A stretch of 64,000 nucleotides of DNA, from assembly GCA_964481765.1 (NCBI GenBank), contig CAYZVJ010000001.1, forward strand, positions 18,452 through 82,451. The letters are read 5' to 3'. Of the stretch, positions 37,558 to 46,847 are shown piece by piece; position 1 is the first letter of the stretch, and every line of letters starts with the position of its first letter. The translations under genes and the position numbers were made by a program. A model generated the notes under the pieces. That model had not been told where the DNA came from. It made no database searches and worked only from the letters and a program-made list of their open reading frames with translations. The stretch is from an uncultured Rikenellaceae bacterium. GTDB lineage: Bacteria; Bacteroidota; Bacteroidia; Bacteroidales; VadinHA17.

Positions 37558-39258
37558 TTACTCAGCAGGTCTTGCTGCGAGGGTGAACATTCGGGGATGA
37601 AGGTCATCAAAATCGGTTTCTTCCTGATACATTGCAGCAACAGCAAGAATGGTTGCCTCATCAAAGAGATTGCCTATAAACGAGATGCTGGTTGGGGTTC
37701 CCCGCTGGTTAAATCCATTGGGTACCACCACAACCGGATGTCCCGTGAGATTGGTTATGAGGAGCTGGTTCCCGCCATAGCTGGGTGTAACGATGAGGTC
37801 GTATTGTTCCATTAGTTTCTGCATCTCCTGAATGAGCAGGTAGCGAATACGGTTTGCCTGGATGTATTCAACGGCAGGGATAAATCGTGCCTGCCGGAAC
37901 AGGTTGGGCCAGGCTCCCCTGTTTTGACGAACCAGGAGCGTATCCCTGTTGGACCGGGTAAGCTCATCAAATGCAGCTGCCGCTTCGGCATTCAGAATGA
38001 TTTGCAGAGAAGAAACAGGCAGCGTATCAGGGAAGGAGACCGGAATGAGTTCAGCGCCCATCTTTTTCAGGACCGCGAGTGTTTTTTTGTCGTTCTTTTT
38101 CGTTAGATAATCTGCATCGAACGCCTCTTTGAGATAGCCGATTTTCAGCTCTGAAAGATCCAGGGAGGATTTGTAGTTGAATGGCAGATCGACCAGGGTC
38201 TGGTCAATTCCGTCCGAACCGATCATGGCCTGGAATACCAGTGCACAATCGGCAGCATTTCTGCAGATCGGTCCAATTTTGTCCATGGTCCAGCTTAAGG
38301 CCATAGCCCCGGTTCTGCTAACCCGACCATAGGTAGGTCTGAGACCCGATGTTCCACAACGTGTCGAGGGAGAGACGATAGAACCCAGGGTTTCCGTTCC
38401 TATGGAAAAGGGGACCAGGCCGGCGGCAGTTGCTGAAGCTGAGCCGGCAGAAGAGCCACTGGAACCCTGCCTGAGATCCCATGGATTTCTTGTTGTATCG
38501 GCATACCAGACATCCCCCATGGCTAAAGCACCCATGGATAATTTAGCCAACAGCACAGCACCCGCCTCTTCCAGTTTTTTCACAACCGTTGCCGTTTCAT
38601 CAATGATTTGATCCTTAAAGGGGGCTGCACCCCAGGTCGTTTTATATCCCGCTACTGCAAGCAAGTCTTTCACACCATAGGGAATGCCATGCAGAGGGCC
38701 CCTGTATATACCCTGAGCGATCTCTTCATCCGCCCGGGTCGCTTGTGCAAGGGCTACATCTTCTGTCAGGGTGATGACACAATGGAGGGTATCCCCGTAT
38801 CGCTTCAGACGACCTAAGAAAAACTGCGTCAATTCAACCGATTTAATTTTTTGGCTTTTTATCAGTTGTGCAAGTTCTGCAACGCTATAAAAAGCAAGGT
38901 CTTCCCTGTTTTCCGGTAAAGAAACATTTTCCGGCAAGCCCCATTCAATCAGTTCCTGTTTTTGAGGAAAAGTGGCACCGATTGGAATGGGATTGAACTG
39001 GATCGAAGGAGGAATGCTATTGTCAAGAGGACAAGAGCGGATTTCATTGTATAACTGCGTATAATAGGCAAGGCCCCCCGACATCTGGGCCCTCTCCTTC
39101 TGGTCAAACTGTAACCCCATGTGATTTTCTGCTTCAAGGATGACCGTGTCGGGAAGCACTGTGCTGGTTTCTGTTTCATCAGATTTCGATGTTGAATCAT
39201 GCTTACAGGCATGGATCACGATGAAAAAAAGCAACAGGACCGGAATGGATCTGAACAT
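37558..39258 (-). CDS. amidase-signature (AS) family amidase, probable lipoprotein
   Basis: GIPYGVKDL and QGSSGSSAGSASATAAGL (Gly/Ser-rich AS motif with the Ser-cisSer-Lys context). N-terminal MFRSIPVLLLFFIVIHAC lipobox-like signal. The track start at 39300 is an upstream alternative. Confidence 0.85.
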   Translation of the reverse strand: MFRSIPVLLLFFIVIHACKHDSTSKSDETETSTVLPDTVILEAENHMGLQFDQKERAQMSGGLAYYTQLYNEIRSCPLDNSIPPSIQFNPIPIGATFPQKQELIEWGLPENVSLPENREDLAFYSVAELAQLIKSQKIKSVELTQFFLGRLKRYGDTLHCVITLTEDVALAQATRADEEIAQGIYRGPLHGIPYGVKDLLAVAGYKTTWGAAPFKDQIIDETATVVKKLEEAGAVLLAKLSMGALAMGDVWYADTTRNPWDLRQGSSGSSAGSASATAAGLVPFSIGTETLGSIVSPSTRCGTSGLRPTYGRVSRTGAMALSWTMDKIGPICRNAADCALVFQAMIGSDGIDQTLVDLPFNYKSSLDLSELKIGYLKEAFDADYLTKKNDKKTLAVLKKMGAELIPVSFPDTLPVSSLQIILNAEAAAAFDELTRSNRDTLLVRQNRGAWPNLFRQARFIPAVEYIQANRIRYLLIQEMQKLMEQYDLIVTPSYGGNQLLITNLTGHPVVVVPNGFNQRGTPTSISFIGNLFDEATILAVAAMYQEETDFDDLHPRMFTLAARPAE

Positions 39259-39310
39259 GAAATATTGGTTTAAAGGAGTTTGAGAACGGGTCATGATCAT
39301 GGGTGTAATG

Positions 39311-40522
39311 TTATTCCTCGCTGGCCATCAGGAAGAATGGTTTCATTTCAAAGCTATGATAAAATGGCCGCAATCGTTCGGTATTGTAATTCTCTTTTAC
39401 ATTCACGATCTTTTTGTGACTGATCACTACATCCAGCGGGACATTATCATACCTTCCATTTTTCAGAACCACCAATCGGCCGTGGATTCCTTTCAGGATA
39501 AGATCGAGGGCAAGATTTCCAAATGCCATGGGTACGATGGAGTCCATCGCATCCGGGTCACCACCACGAACCATGTACCCTAATTTCTGGTTAATGATGT
39601 TGATGGTTTTGCCTTTGTTGTAGGTTGCAGAACGATTCTTCAATTCTGCTGAAACGAGATCACCGATACCACCCAGCTTCGCATGTCCGTATGCATCTTT
39701 TTCGGCATTCTTAAAAACCATCTCACCTCCTTTGAACATGGCCCCTTCCGAAACGATTACAACCGAGTATTTGCTCGGATTATGGTTCCTGTCTTCCACC
39801 AGCAGTTTTGTCAGCAATTCGATATCGAATTTGTATTCCGGGATCACACAGCGGTTGGCCGCCCCGGCCATCGTTGGCAGCATGGCTGTAAATCCGGCAT
39901 AACGTCCGAAGACTTCCATAACCAGCAGGCGTTCATGCGATCCCGCGGATGTACGAAGGGTGTTTGTCATCATGATTGTACGGGTCACACAGGTACTGAA
40001 ACCAATGCAATAATCGGTTCCCGGAACATCATTGTCCATGGTTTTTGGAATGGCAACCACCTTTACTCCTTCTTTGTATAGCCTGACTCCATAGCTTAAT
40101 GTATCGTCCCCTCCTATGGGAATCAGGTAATCGATACCAAGCCAGCTCAAGTTCATAACGACTTCGTCGGTCAGATCGTTGTATTTGTCCTTATATTTCT
40201 CTTTCAGGTGTTCCGGAATATCGGCTTGCCTCATGTGGCTTGGACGTGTACGGGAAGAGTGTAGAAAAGTCCCCCCTGTACGTCCCGCTTTATTTACAAT
40301 ATCATCTGTAAGGATCATATAACAATTGCTGTTATCCGCATTTTTGTCTCGAATCAGCTCAGTGATACCAGCCCAGCCCCGTCTTAACCCGATCACCCGG
40401 TACCCTTCTCGATTCGCCCGGATAGTAACTGCCCGGATAGCAGGATTCAAACCGGGAACATCTCCACCACCGGTCAGTATTCCAATTACGCCCTTGCTGT
40501 TTTTATTCTTAATTTGTGTCAT
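39311..40522 (-). CDS. pfp: 6-phosphofructokinase, probably pyrophosphate-dependent
   Basis: GILTGGGDVPGLN, IGGDDTLSYG (40103..40114) and AIPKTMDNDV. Asp and Lys sit at the two positions that are Gly/Gly in ATP-dependent PfkA. Confidence 0.85.
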   Translation of the reverse strand: MTQIKNKNSKGVIGILTGGGDVPGLNPAIRAVTIRANREGYRVIGLRRGWAGITELIRDKNADNSNCYMILTDDIVNKAGRTGGTFLHSSRTRPSHMRQADIPEHLKEKYKDKYNDLTDEVVMNLSWLGIDYLIPIGGDDTLSYGVRLYKEGVKVVAIPKTMDNDVPGTDYCIGFSTCVTRTIMMTNTLRTSAGSHERLLVMEVFGRYAGFTAMLPTMAGAANRCVIPEYKFDIELLTKLLVEDRNHNPSKYSVVIVSEGAMFKGGEMVFKNAEKDAYGHAKLGGIGDLVSAELKNRSATYNKGKTINIINQKLGYMVRGGDPDAMDSIVPMAFGNLALDLILKGIHGRLVVLKNGRYDNVPLDVVISHKKIVNVKENYNTERLRPFYHSFEMKPFFLMASEE

Positions 40523-40615
40523 TTGTTCCTGTATTATAGCGTTATTTATTTCGGTTTCTCGCCGTACATTCCGGTTTTGAAAACCGAATAAAAGTATTAA
40601 AAAACCGGTTCAAAA

Positions 40616-41275
40616 TCATTCCACGTTGGAATCCTGCCAATGCTGATTGTGCCTTATCCAGTTTTTAAACCCAATGACAAAAAAGAAAAAACCGGAGAGA
40701 AATGTCACGGCAAGCATCCCAAAATGAATGGAGAGAAAAACAGACAGATACCGGAGTTTGGTATTTTTACTCCGGATATTGGCCTGTACGATCTTAAGAT
40801 CCCGCTCTTTCTGGTTAAAGGACCGGATTCGTTCCATCAGCTGGTTTGATTTTTCGGTAAAGAGCGGATTCAATGAATCGATCATTCTTTCATCCGCCAG
40901 GATTCCGCGGTTGTATAAATCCCCAATTGTATCCAGCAGGTGGGGCTCATCTGCCGTTCTGTTCATCAGTGCATTGATGGAATCATTCACAGAAACGGAA
41001 TGATTGATCAGCTGGTTGATCTCATTGTTGGCCTGAGTTACCTCGGTGTTCAGGTCGTTCATCTGCTCTCTGGAAAGGCCGTGTTCCATAGACAGTACTT
41101 CTGCCGCTGCTTCTTCTACCTGTTTCTCCCGTATCAGATCAACCCGTTTTACCAATAACGATTCAATGCGCATGGGCATATACGAGAAACTGAAAAGAAG
41201 GAGAATAAAACCGATGATGGTGTTAAAAGCATGGATATTCGATACGTTATTCATAGTATCCGGATTTTTATGCAA
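40616..41275 (-). CDS. hypothetical membrane protein (TM - helical region - TM hairpin)
   Basis: 219 aa. N-terminal TM IIGFILLLFSFSY, about 130 aa of helical/coiled sequence, C-terminal YLSVFLSIHFGMLAVTFLSGFFFFVIGF. No family recognised. Only long ORF in the gap. Confidence 0.55.
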   Translation of the reverse strand: MHKNPDTMNNVSNIHAFNTIIGFILLLFSFSYMPMRIESLLVKRVDLIREKQVEEAAAEVLSMEHGLSREQMNDLNTEVTQANNEINQLINHSVSVNDSINALMNRTADEPHLLDTIGDLYNRGILADERMIDSLNPLFTEKSNQLMERIRSFNQKERDLKIVQANIRSKNTKLRYLSVFLSIHFGMLAVTFLSGFFFFVIGFKNWIRHNQHWQDSNVE

Positions 41276-41348
41276 GGCGTCTATCGCGGTTCAGTTCGTT
41301 CAGATACGCTTATCATGCCCCCATGATCATTTGGCAGACAGGAGAAAA

Positions 41349-43310
41349 TCACTCCCTGCTAAAATCAAGTGTCATCTTTTTGTTCAAGACGCCTCCGCGC
41401 GTTGATGATATACTGATACTACACGTTACATCTCTTTTCTGGTAAATCCGAACAGTAAAGATAGCCTGACCGGTTTCACCTCCGGGAGTAAATCCGCAAT
41501 CCACACTTGCAGTGCGTTGATTACGGGAGAACCGGTCGTAATACAAGTTACGACCTTCACCTGACTCCTCCTCTTCCCTTATTATTTTCAATACCGGTTT
41601 TTTCCCCGTTACCATCTCTTTTTCAAATTCAATGGTGACCTGGTCTTCACGAACGATCTTTACCAGGTGTGCCTGTTTCAAGGCGGTGGGCAATTTCCCG
41701 GTATTCTGAAACGAGATGGTGATCTGAAAATCGGCTGAGTCATTGCCATAGGATGCGGTCTTTTCCAGATTGACATCACTCCATGCGAGACACGGCAGAT
41801 GGTTTACCATTTCGAGGTTGAACAATGCCTGGTTTTTAGCCCAGGGTAAAAGCTCTTTTGCCGGGGGATTCTGGGAGAAGAATTTTGGATGAAATCCTCC
41901 GATTTCAGCTTCTCCGTGAACAGGATGTACAAACGGTTTCCATGTAATAAACCCGGTGCCCTCATTCTCTTCATCGTCCCACCTGAGCAGATCCAGCTGG
42001 TCGATATCATCATCCCCGTCATAATCTTTAAACCGTCCCCCGTTCCATAATTCATCACCATACCAGATGGCACCGAGATACCAGTATCCAAAATCGGGGC
42101 CATGTCCAAAGAGCGGATTCCCATGTCCGTAATCCTGGTATACATCCCCGGCTCGTTCATAGCCGGTAATTCCCTTTCCAATGCTGTCAAAATATTCATA
42201 CCACGCCAGGTCTTCCACGTACATTCTCTCTTCAGAGGGGGATGTTGATGGAGCCCGGAGATGCATTGGTACTCGTGTATCCATTGAATTTACTATATAT
42301 ACATTGGGATGGCTTAACAGGAATGTCACAACCGACCGGGTTTCAATCTCACTGAGCGGATATTCCCCGGCGCCACGCTGGGTGAATCCGCGTCCGGTAG
42401 CCTCGACATGCTGTTCCGGCCTCCAGTTTTCAGGATAATTGCGGTGAAGGTCCAGTCCGCCGATACCATCTTCATTCACCCGGCCATCCCCATCATTATC
42501 AATCCCCTCAGATTCAGTCAAATAGATCCCTTCTCCTTCCGGAACCCTCATCATGAGCCTGCCGCTTGGATCATCCGGATCAGGCTTCATATTTCCCCGT
42601 TTTTTATCTTTCCAGCGTACGGTGAGTATAACCCCGTCCCCATCAAGGTCCTCCGGAGAGTCTTCATCGATAAGACCATCCAGGTCATTGTCCGTCGGCT
42701 TTACGGTACTGCGGTTGCTTTGTGCTGTGTGCATATAGAGGGTATGTCCGTCGGGATTATTAATGGGACGGGCATAGATCGTTTTCGTGTCCAGCATTTC
42801 TGTTATTTCTGCATTGTTGCCATATTGTTCAAGCAGATACTGGATCATCCACAGAACGGATTCTGCACTGGTTACCTCTCCACTATGACGATTTCCTTCA
42901 AAAAAGGCAGCCGGTTTGTCTGTATCTTTTCCTGACCGTTTATTGGTAATGGTTACCTGCAGGATGGGTCTTCCTTCAAAGCTTTCAGCGACCGTATAAA
43001 GATCAACCAGATCAGGATACTCATCTGCCCATCGTTTGAGCCAGGTGGCAAATACATCGGCCGAATGAAAGCGGTCAAACGTGAGTTTATCGGATGCTGT
43101 ATACTCAACCTCAGGATACCTGACCTGAGGGAAAAAACTGATTCCGTGCCGTTCTCCCTTGACCGTATACCAGAGTGTATCCTGATCGGACTCAGGCCAG
43201 CTCTCTTCATGCAAAGGAAGGTAACCCTGGGCTAACAAGGTGGCGGAAAACAAAAAGAGACTGTATATCATCATGAACAGTCGGGCGGGGAGAAAGAGAT
43301 TCTTTTTCAT
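41349..43310 (-). CDS. secreted M14-family zinc carboxypeptidase with Ca-binding-like Asp-rich inserts
   Basis: Signal peptide MKKNLFLPARLFMMIYSLFLFSATLLAQG. Zn motif GNRHSGEV (HxxE). DNDLDGLIDEDSPEDLDGDG and DNDGDGRVNEDG repeats. 653 aa. Confidence 0.85.
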   Translation of the reverse strand: MKKNLFLPARLFMMIYSLFLFSATLLAQGYLPLHEESWPESDQDTLWYTVKGERHGISFFPQVRYPEVEYTASDKLTFDRFHSADVFATWLKRWADEYPDLVDLYTVAESFEGRPILQVTITNKRSGKDTDKPAAFFEGNRHSGEVTSAESVLWMIQYLLEQYGNNAEITEMLDTKTIYARPINNPDGHTLYMHTAQSNRSTVKPTDNDLDGLIDEDSPEDLDGDGVILTVRWKDKKRGNMKPDPDDPSGRLMMRVPEGEGIYLTESEGIDNDGDGRVNEDGIGGLDLHRNYPENWRPEQHVEATGRGFTQRGAGEYPLSEIETRSVVTFLLSHPNVYIVNSMDTRVPMHLRAPSTSPSEERMYVEDLAWYEYFDSIGKGITGYERAGDVYQDYGHGNPLFGHGPDFGYWYLGAIWYGDELWNGGRFKDYDGDDDIDQLDLLRWDDEENEGTGFITWKPFVHPVHGEAEIGGFHPKFFSQNPPAKELLPWAKNQALFNLEMVNHLPCLAWSDVNLEKTASYGNDSADFQITISFQNTGKLPTALKQAHLVKIVREDQVTIEFEKEMVTGKKPVLKIIREEEESGEGRNLYYDRFSRNQRTASVDCGFTPGGETGQAIFTVRIYQKRDVTCSISISSTRGGVLNKKMTLDFSRE

Positions 43311-43420
43311 CGTATAATTTTTTCTGCTTGAAAGTAATCATTTTTGTTGAAGAGTCAGAATGGAAAACGAATAAATTGCATGCATATCATTTCATTCCAT
43401 GTAATGATTACGGGATAGAT

Positions 43421-43437
43421 TAATTTTGGTATTTTTG
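43421..43437 (+). promoter_or_regulatory. two adjacent -7 promoter boxes (TAATTTTG, TATTTTTG)
   Basis: Both 8-mers match TAnnTTTG, 38-47 nt upstream of the TBDR ATG at 43475. Confidence 0.4.
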
Positions 43438-43474
43438 AAATTCTTTATAGAGTAACGCCATTGATCTGCCTGTC

Positions 43475-45793
43475 ATGAGGAATAGCATTGTTCTCTTCTG
43501 TTTGCTTTGTTTCATACCCGGCCTGTATGCGCAGGACCTGTTTACCATCAGTGGACATGTGACGGATGTGGAAAGCGGGGAAGAATTAATTGGAGCAACA
43601 CTGTTTATTACCAACATGAGTCGTGGAACAGCAACCAACACGTATGGTTTTTATTCCCTTTCCCTCACCATTGGGACATACCAGATAGAGGTAAGCTATA
43701 TTGGGTATGAATCACAACGTTTATCGGTTGACCTGGCAGAAGACAAAACGGTTAATGTTGAATTGAAGTCGAAAATCAGCATACTCGATGAGGTGGTGAT
43801 CAGCGGGGTTGGTGCAGATGAAAATGTGCGGTCGACTGAAATGAGCATGGCAAAGCTGAACGTAAAAGAGGTGAAAGAGATACCGGTTATTTTCGGTGAA
43901 CAGGATCTCCTGAAGACCATTCAATTGCTGCCGGGAGTCAGTGGGACTGGAGAAGGGGGAAGTGGCTTTTTCGTGCGTGGTGGAGGATCGGGGCAAAACC
44001 TCATTCTACTCGATGAAGCACCGGTCTACAACCCATCACACCTCCTGGGTTTCTTCTCTGTTTTTAATTCTGATGCCATAAAGGATGTGAAATTGTATAA
44101 AGGAGGGATGCCGGCTGAATACGGAGGAAGATTATCATCGGTCCTGGATGTGAAAATGAAAGATGGGAACCTGCGAAAACTCGGAGTTTCAGGCGGCATT
44201 GGTTTGATCTCCTCACGGCTGACCATCGAAGGACCCTTTCAAAAAGAAAAAGGATCCCTCATTCTGTCCGGTAGAAGAACCTATGCCGATCTTTTCCTGA
44301 GGCTATCTTCTGACACACTGGTGAAAAATAATATCCTCTATTTCTACGACCTGAACATCAAAGGCAATTATAAGGTGGGAGAAAAGGACCGGATCTATCT
44401 TTCCGGTTACTTCGGACGGGATGTATTTAAATACAGTGATGTTTTTGGATTTGATTGGGGAAATGGTACAGCCACCGCACGGTGGAATCATTTGTTCAGC
44501 AACAGGCTTTTCCTGAACAGCTCGCTGATCTATAGCAACTACAATTATGATTTTTTTGTGGATGAGGGGGGGATGAAATTTACCATCAGATCGGCGATCC
44601 GTGACTGGCACCTGAAAGAGGATTTTCAATATTTCCTGCACCCCGGCAATACAGTAAAATTTGGACTAAAACTGAACCATCATAATTTCATTCCGGGCGT
44701 TGTCGATGCCTCAGAAGGATCGGGTGTGAACGAATTGAAACTGACCGAAAAATATGCCCTCGAAACAGCCATCTACCTCAACCATGAAGTGACTCTCTTT
44801 GACCGGCTAACCGTCAGTTACGGACTACGGTTTTCCATGTTTCACCTCCTTGGACCGGGTAACGTATATCGTTATGATGAAGAGGGATCAGTCTTAGACA
44901 CCACAACGCATAACGGTGGTGAACTGATACGCGGTTATTACGGTCTCGACCCAAGAGTAACTGCCACGTTCAGAGTGGGTGAATCAAGCTCCCTGAAAGC
45001 CTCCTATGTAAGAACCAACCAGTACATCCATTTACTTTCCAATTCAACCTCCACGACACCCATGGATGCCTGGATCCCCAGCAGTTCGAATGTAAAACCA
45101 CAGGTTGGGAACCAGCTGGCATTTGGCTATTTCAGGAATTTTAGGGAGAACAACTATGAAGCATCGGTTGAGGTATATTATAAATGGATGCAGAACCAGA
45201 TTGATTACCGTAACGGAGCAGATATTTTCCTCAACGAGCAGGTCGAATCACAACTTGTATTTGGCAGCGGAAGATCCTACGGATCTGAGTTTTACCTGAA
45301 AAAAAACAGCGGGAAATTGCATGGCTGGATAAGTTATACACTTTCGAAAACGGACCGTCTGTTTGAGGACATTAATGACGGGAAAGCTTTTCCGGCAAAA
45401 CAGGACCGGAGACATGATGTCTCCATTGTTGTCCTCTATCGTCTTGGTAAACGATGGACCGTATCGGGAACCTGGGTCTATTATACCGGAAATGCCGTTA
45501 CTTTTCCAGCCGGGAAATATGAAATCGAGGGAACGACAGTGAACATGTATACAGAACGAAACGGCCACCGGATGCCTGCTTACCATCGGTTGGATCTGGG
45601 GGTTACTTTGAAGGGGAAAGAGCGAAAACGATATGAATCAAGTGTTGACCTGTCAATCTATAATGTCTATTCAAGAAAAAATGCATATTCCATTCGCTTT
45701 GAGGAGGATGAAGACGATCCATCAAAAACCGTGGCTAAAAAATTCTCCCTGTTTCCAATCGTACCGTCCATAACCTATAATTTTAAATTCTGA
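43475..45793 (+). CDS. TonB-dependent receptor with N-terminal CarboxypepD_reg-like domain
   Basis: Signal peptide. FTISGHVTDVESGEELIGATLFI...YIGYESQ (carboxypeptidase-regulatory-like fold). Plug region (IQLLPGV...FFVRGG). Long beta barrel ending in ...ITYNFKF with a terminal Phe. Confidence 0.9.
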   Translation: MRNSIVLFCLLCFIPGLYAQDLFTISGHVTDVESGEELIGATLFITNMSRGTATNTYGFYSLSLTIGTYQIEVSYIGYESQRLSVDLAEDKTVNVELKSKISILDEVVISGVGADENVRSTEMSMAKLNVKEVKEIPVIFGEQDLLKTIQLLPGVSGTGEGGSGFFVRGGGSGQNLILLDEAPVYNPSHLLGFFSVFNSDAIKDVKLYKGGMPAEYGGRLSSVLDVKMKDGNLRKLGVSGGIGLISSRLTIEGPFQKEKGSLILSGRRTYADLFLRLSSDTLVKNNILYFYDLNIKGNYKVGEKDRIYLSGYFGRDVFKYSDVFGFDWGNGTATARWNHLFSNRLFLNSSLIYSNYNYDFFVDEGGMKFTIRSAIRDWHLKEDFQYFLHPGNTVKFGLKLNHHNFIPGVVDASEGSGVNELKLTEKYALETAIYLNHEVTLFDRLTVSYGLRFSMFHLLGPGNVYRYDEEGSVLDTTTHNGGELIRGYYGLDPRVTATFRVGESSSLKASYVRTNQYIHLLSNSTSTTPMDAWIPSSSNVKPQVGNQLAFGYFRNFRENNYEASVEVYYKWMQNQIDYRNGADIFLNEQVESQLVFGSGRSYGSEFYLKKNSGKLHGWISYTLSKTDRLFEDINDGKAFPAKQDRRHDVSIVVLYRLGKRWTVSGTWVYYTGNAVTFPAGKYEIEGTTVNMYTERNGHRMPAYHRLDLGVTLKGKERKRYESSVDLSIYNVYSRKNAYSIRFEEDEDDPSKTVAKKFSLFPIVPSITYNFKF

Positions 45794-45794
45794 T

Positions 45795-46601
45795 ATGGCA
45801 CGTAATTATAAAATCGGATTGTTGTTAGTTTCGTTGCTGTTATCATGTGAGGAGATCATTACCATCGACCTGGAGGGAACAGATCCAAGGATCGTTATCG
45901 AAGGAAGCATATCCGACAGACCGGGTCCCTACCGTGTGATGTTGACCAAAACCACTGATTATTTCGCCCCTTCGGAATACCCGGCCGTCGTGGGAGCAAC
46001 CGTGGTTATATCCGATGACCTTGGAACCCGGGATACCCTGGTTGAAGTGAGTGAAGGAGTATATGAAACAATTGCGATCCAGGGAAGTTACGGGAGAACC
46101 TACCAATTGGAAGTAGCGGCGGAAGGCGAGCAGTATACAGCATCGGCCAGGCTACCTGAATGGATTGATATCGACTCAATCGAATTGGAGTACTATCCTG
46201 AAACCTATTACTATGAGGAATCCTACTGGCTCCATTGTCATTTTACAGATCCCCGGGATACGGTCAATTTTTACCGGGTCAGGGTGTTTAAGAACGACAC
46301 CCTTGATAAAAACATCTACGTGTTAGATGATAAATTCATCGATGGTAACCCGGTTGATATGTTTATATGGGGGAATTCCTATTTGCCTGGCGATACAGCA
46401 GTATTTGAGCTGTTTTCCATGGACGATAAAGTGTATGATTATTTCCTTACCCTGTCAAACCTGCTGTATAGCGGCGGAGACGGTTCCTATTCAACCCCTG
46501 CAAATCCCAATACCAACCTCTCCAATGATGCACTTGGCTACTTTGGTGCGTTTGCTATTGCAAGCGATACAATCATTATTCCTGAATTTCCCGACCAATA
46601 A
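45795..46601 (+). CDS. DUF4249-like lipoprotein (TBDR partner)
   Basis: Lipobox LLLSC. 268 aa. Starts 1 nt after the TBDR stop. The TBDR + DUF4249 pairing is one I recall as common in Bacteroidota. The family call is from memory. Confidence 0.65.
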   Translation: MARNYKIGLLLVSLLLSCEEIITIDLEGTDPRIVIEGSISDRPGPYRVMLTKTTDYFAPSEYPAVVGATVVISDDLGTRDTLVEVSEGVYETIAIQGSYGRTYQLEVAAEGEQYTASARLPEWIDIDSIELEYYPETYYYEESYWLHCHFTDPRDTVNFYRVRVFKNDTLDKNIYVLDDKFIDGNPVDMFIWGNSYLPGDTAVFELFSMDDKVYDYFLTLSNLLYSGGDGSYSTPANPNTNLSNDALGYFGAFAIASDTIIIPEFPDQ

Positions 46602-46729
46602 TGCTTGGGATCTATAATATGGTATTTATTTTCGGGATGGGTACCGGAACCTGGTATGTTGGAGGATTACATTTTCCGCTGGTTATTGTTTCAGGATATG
46701 CCTTTTTACTTTCGTTGATTAAAAAGTGA
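46601..46729 (+). CDS. candidate 42-aa hydrophobic micro-protein (speculative)
   Basis: The ATG overlaps the DUF4249 stop (TAATG). My translation is MLGIYNMVFIFGMGTGTWYVGGLHFPLVIVSGYAFLLSLIKK*. It is Gly-rich and hydrophobic, not in the ORF track, and has no homology evidence. Confidence 0.25.
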   Translation: MLGIYNMVFIFGMGTGTWYVGGLHFPLVIVSGYAFLLSLIKK

Positions 46730-46847
46730 ACTTACGATGAACACATCCTGCTGCACAATACTTTCCATTTCTTCCTGATTCCAGAAAAAGATTGTAGGTT
46801 TAGCGTTTCGTTGAGAACCTGTTGTAAACCATAAATATCACAAAAAA

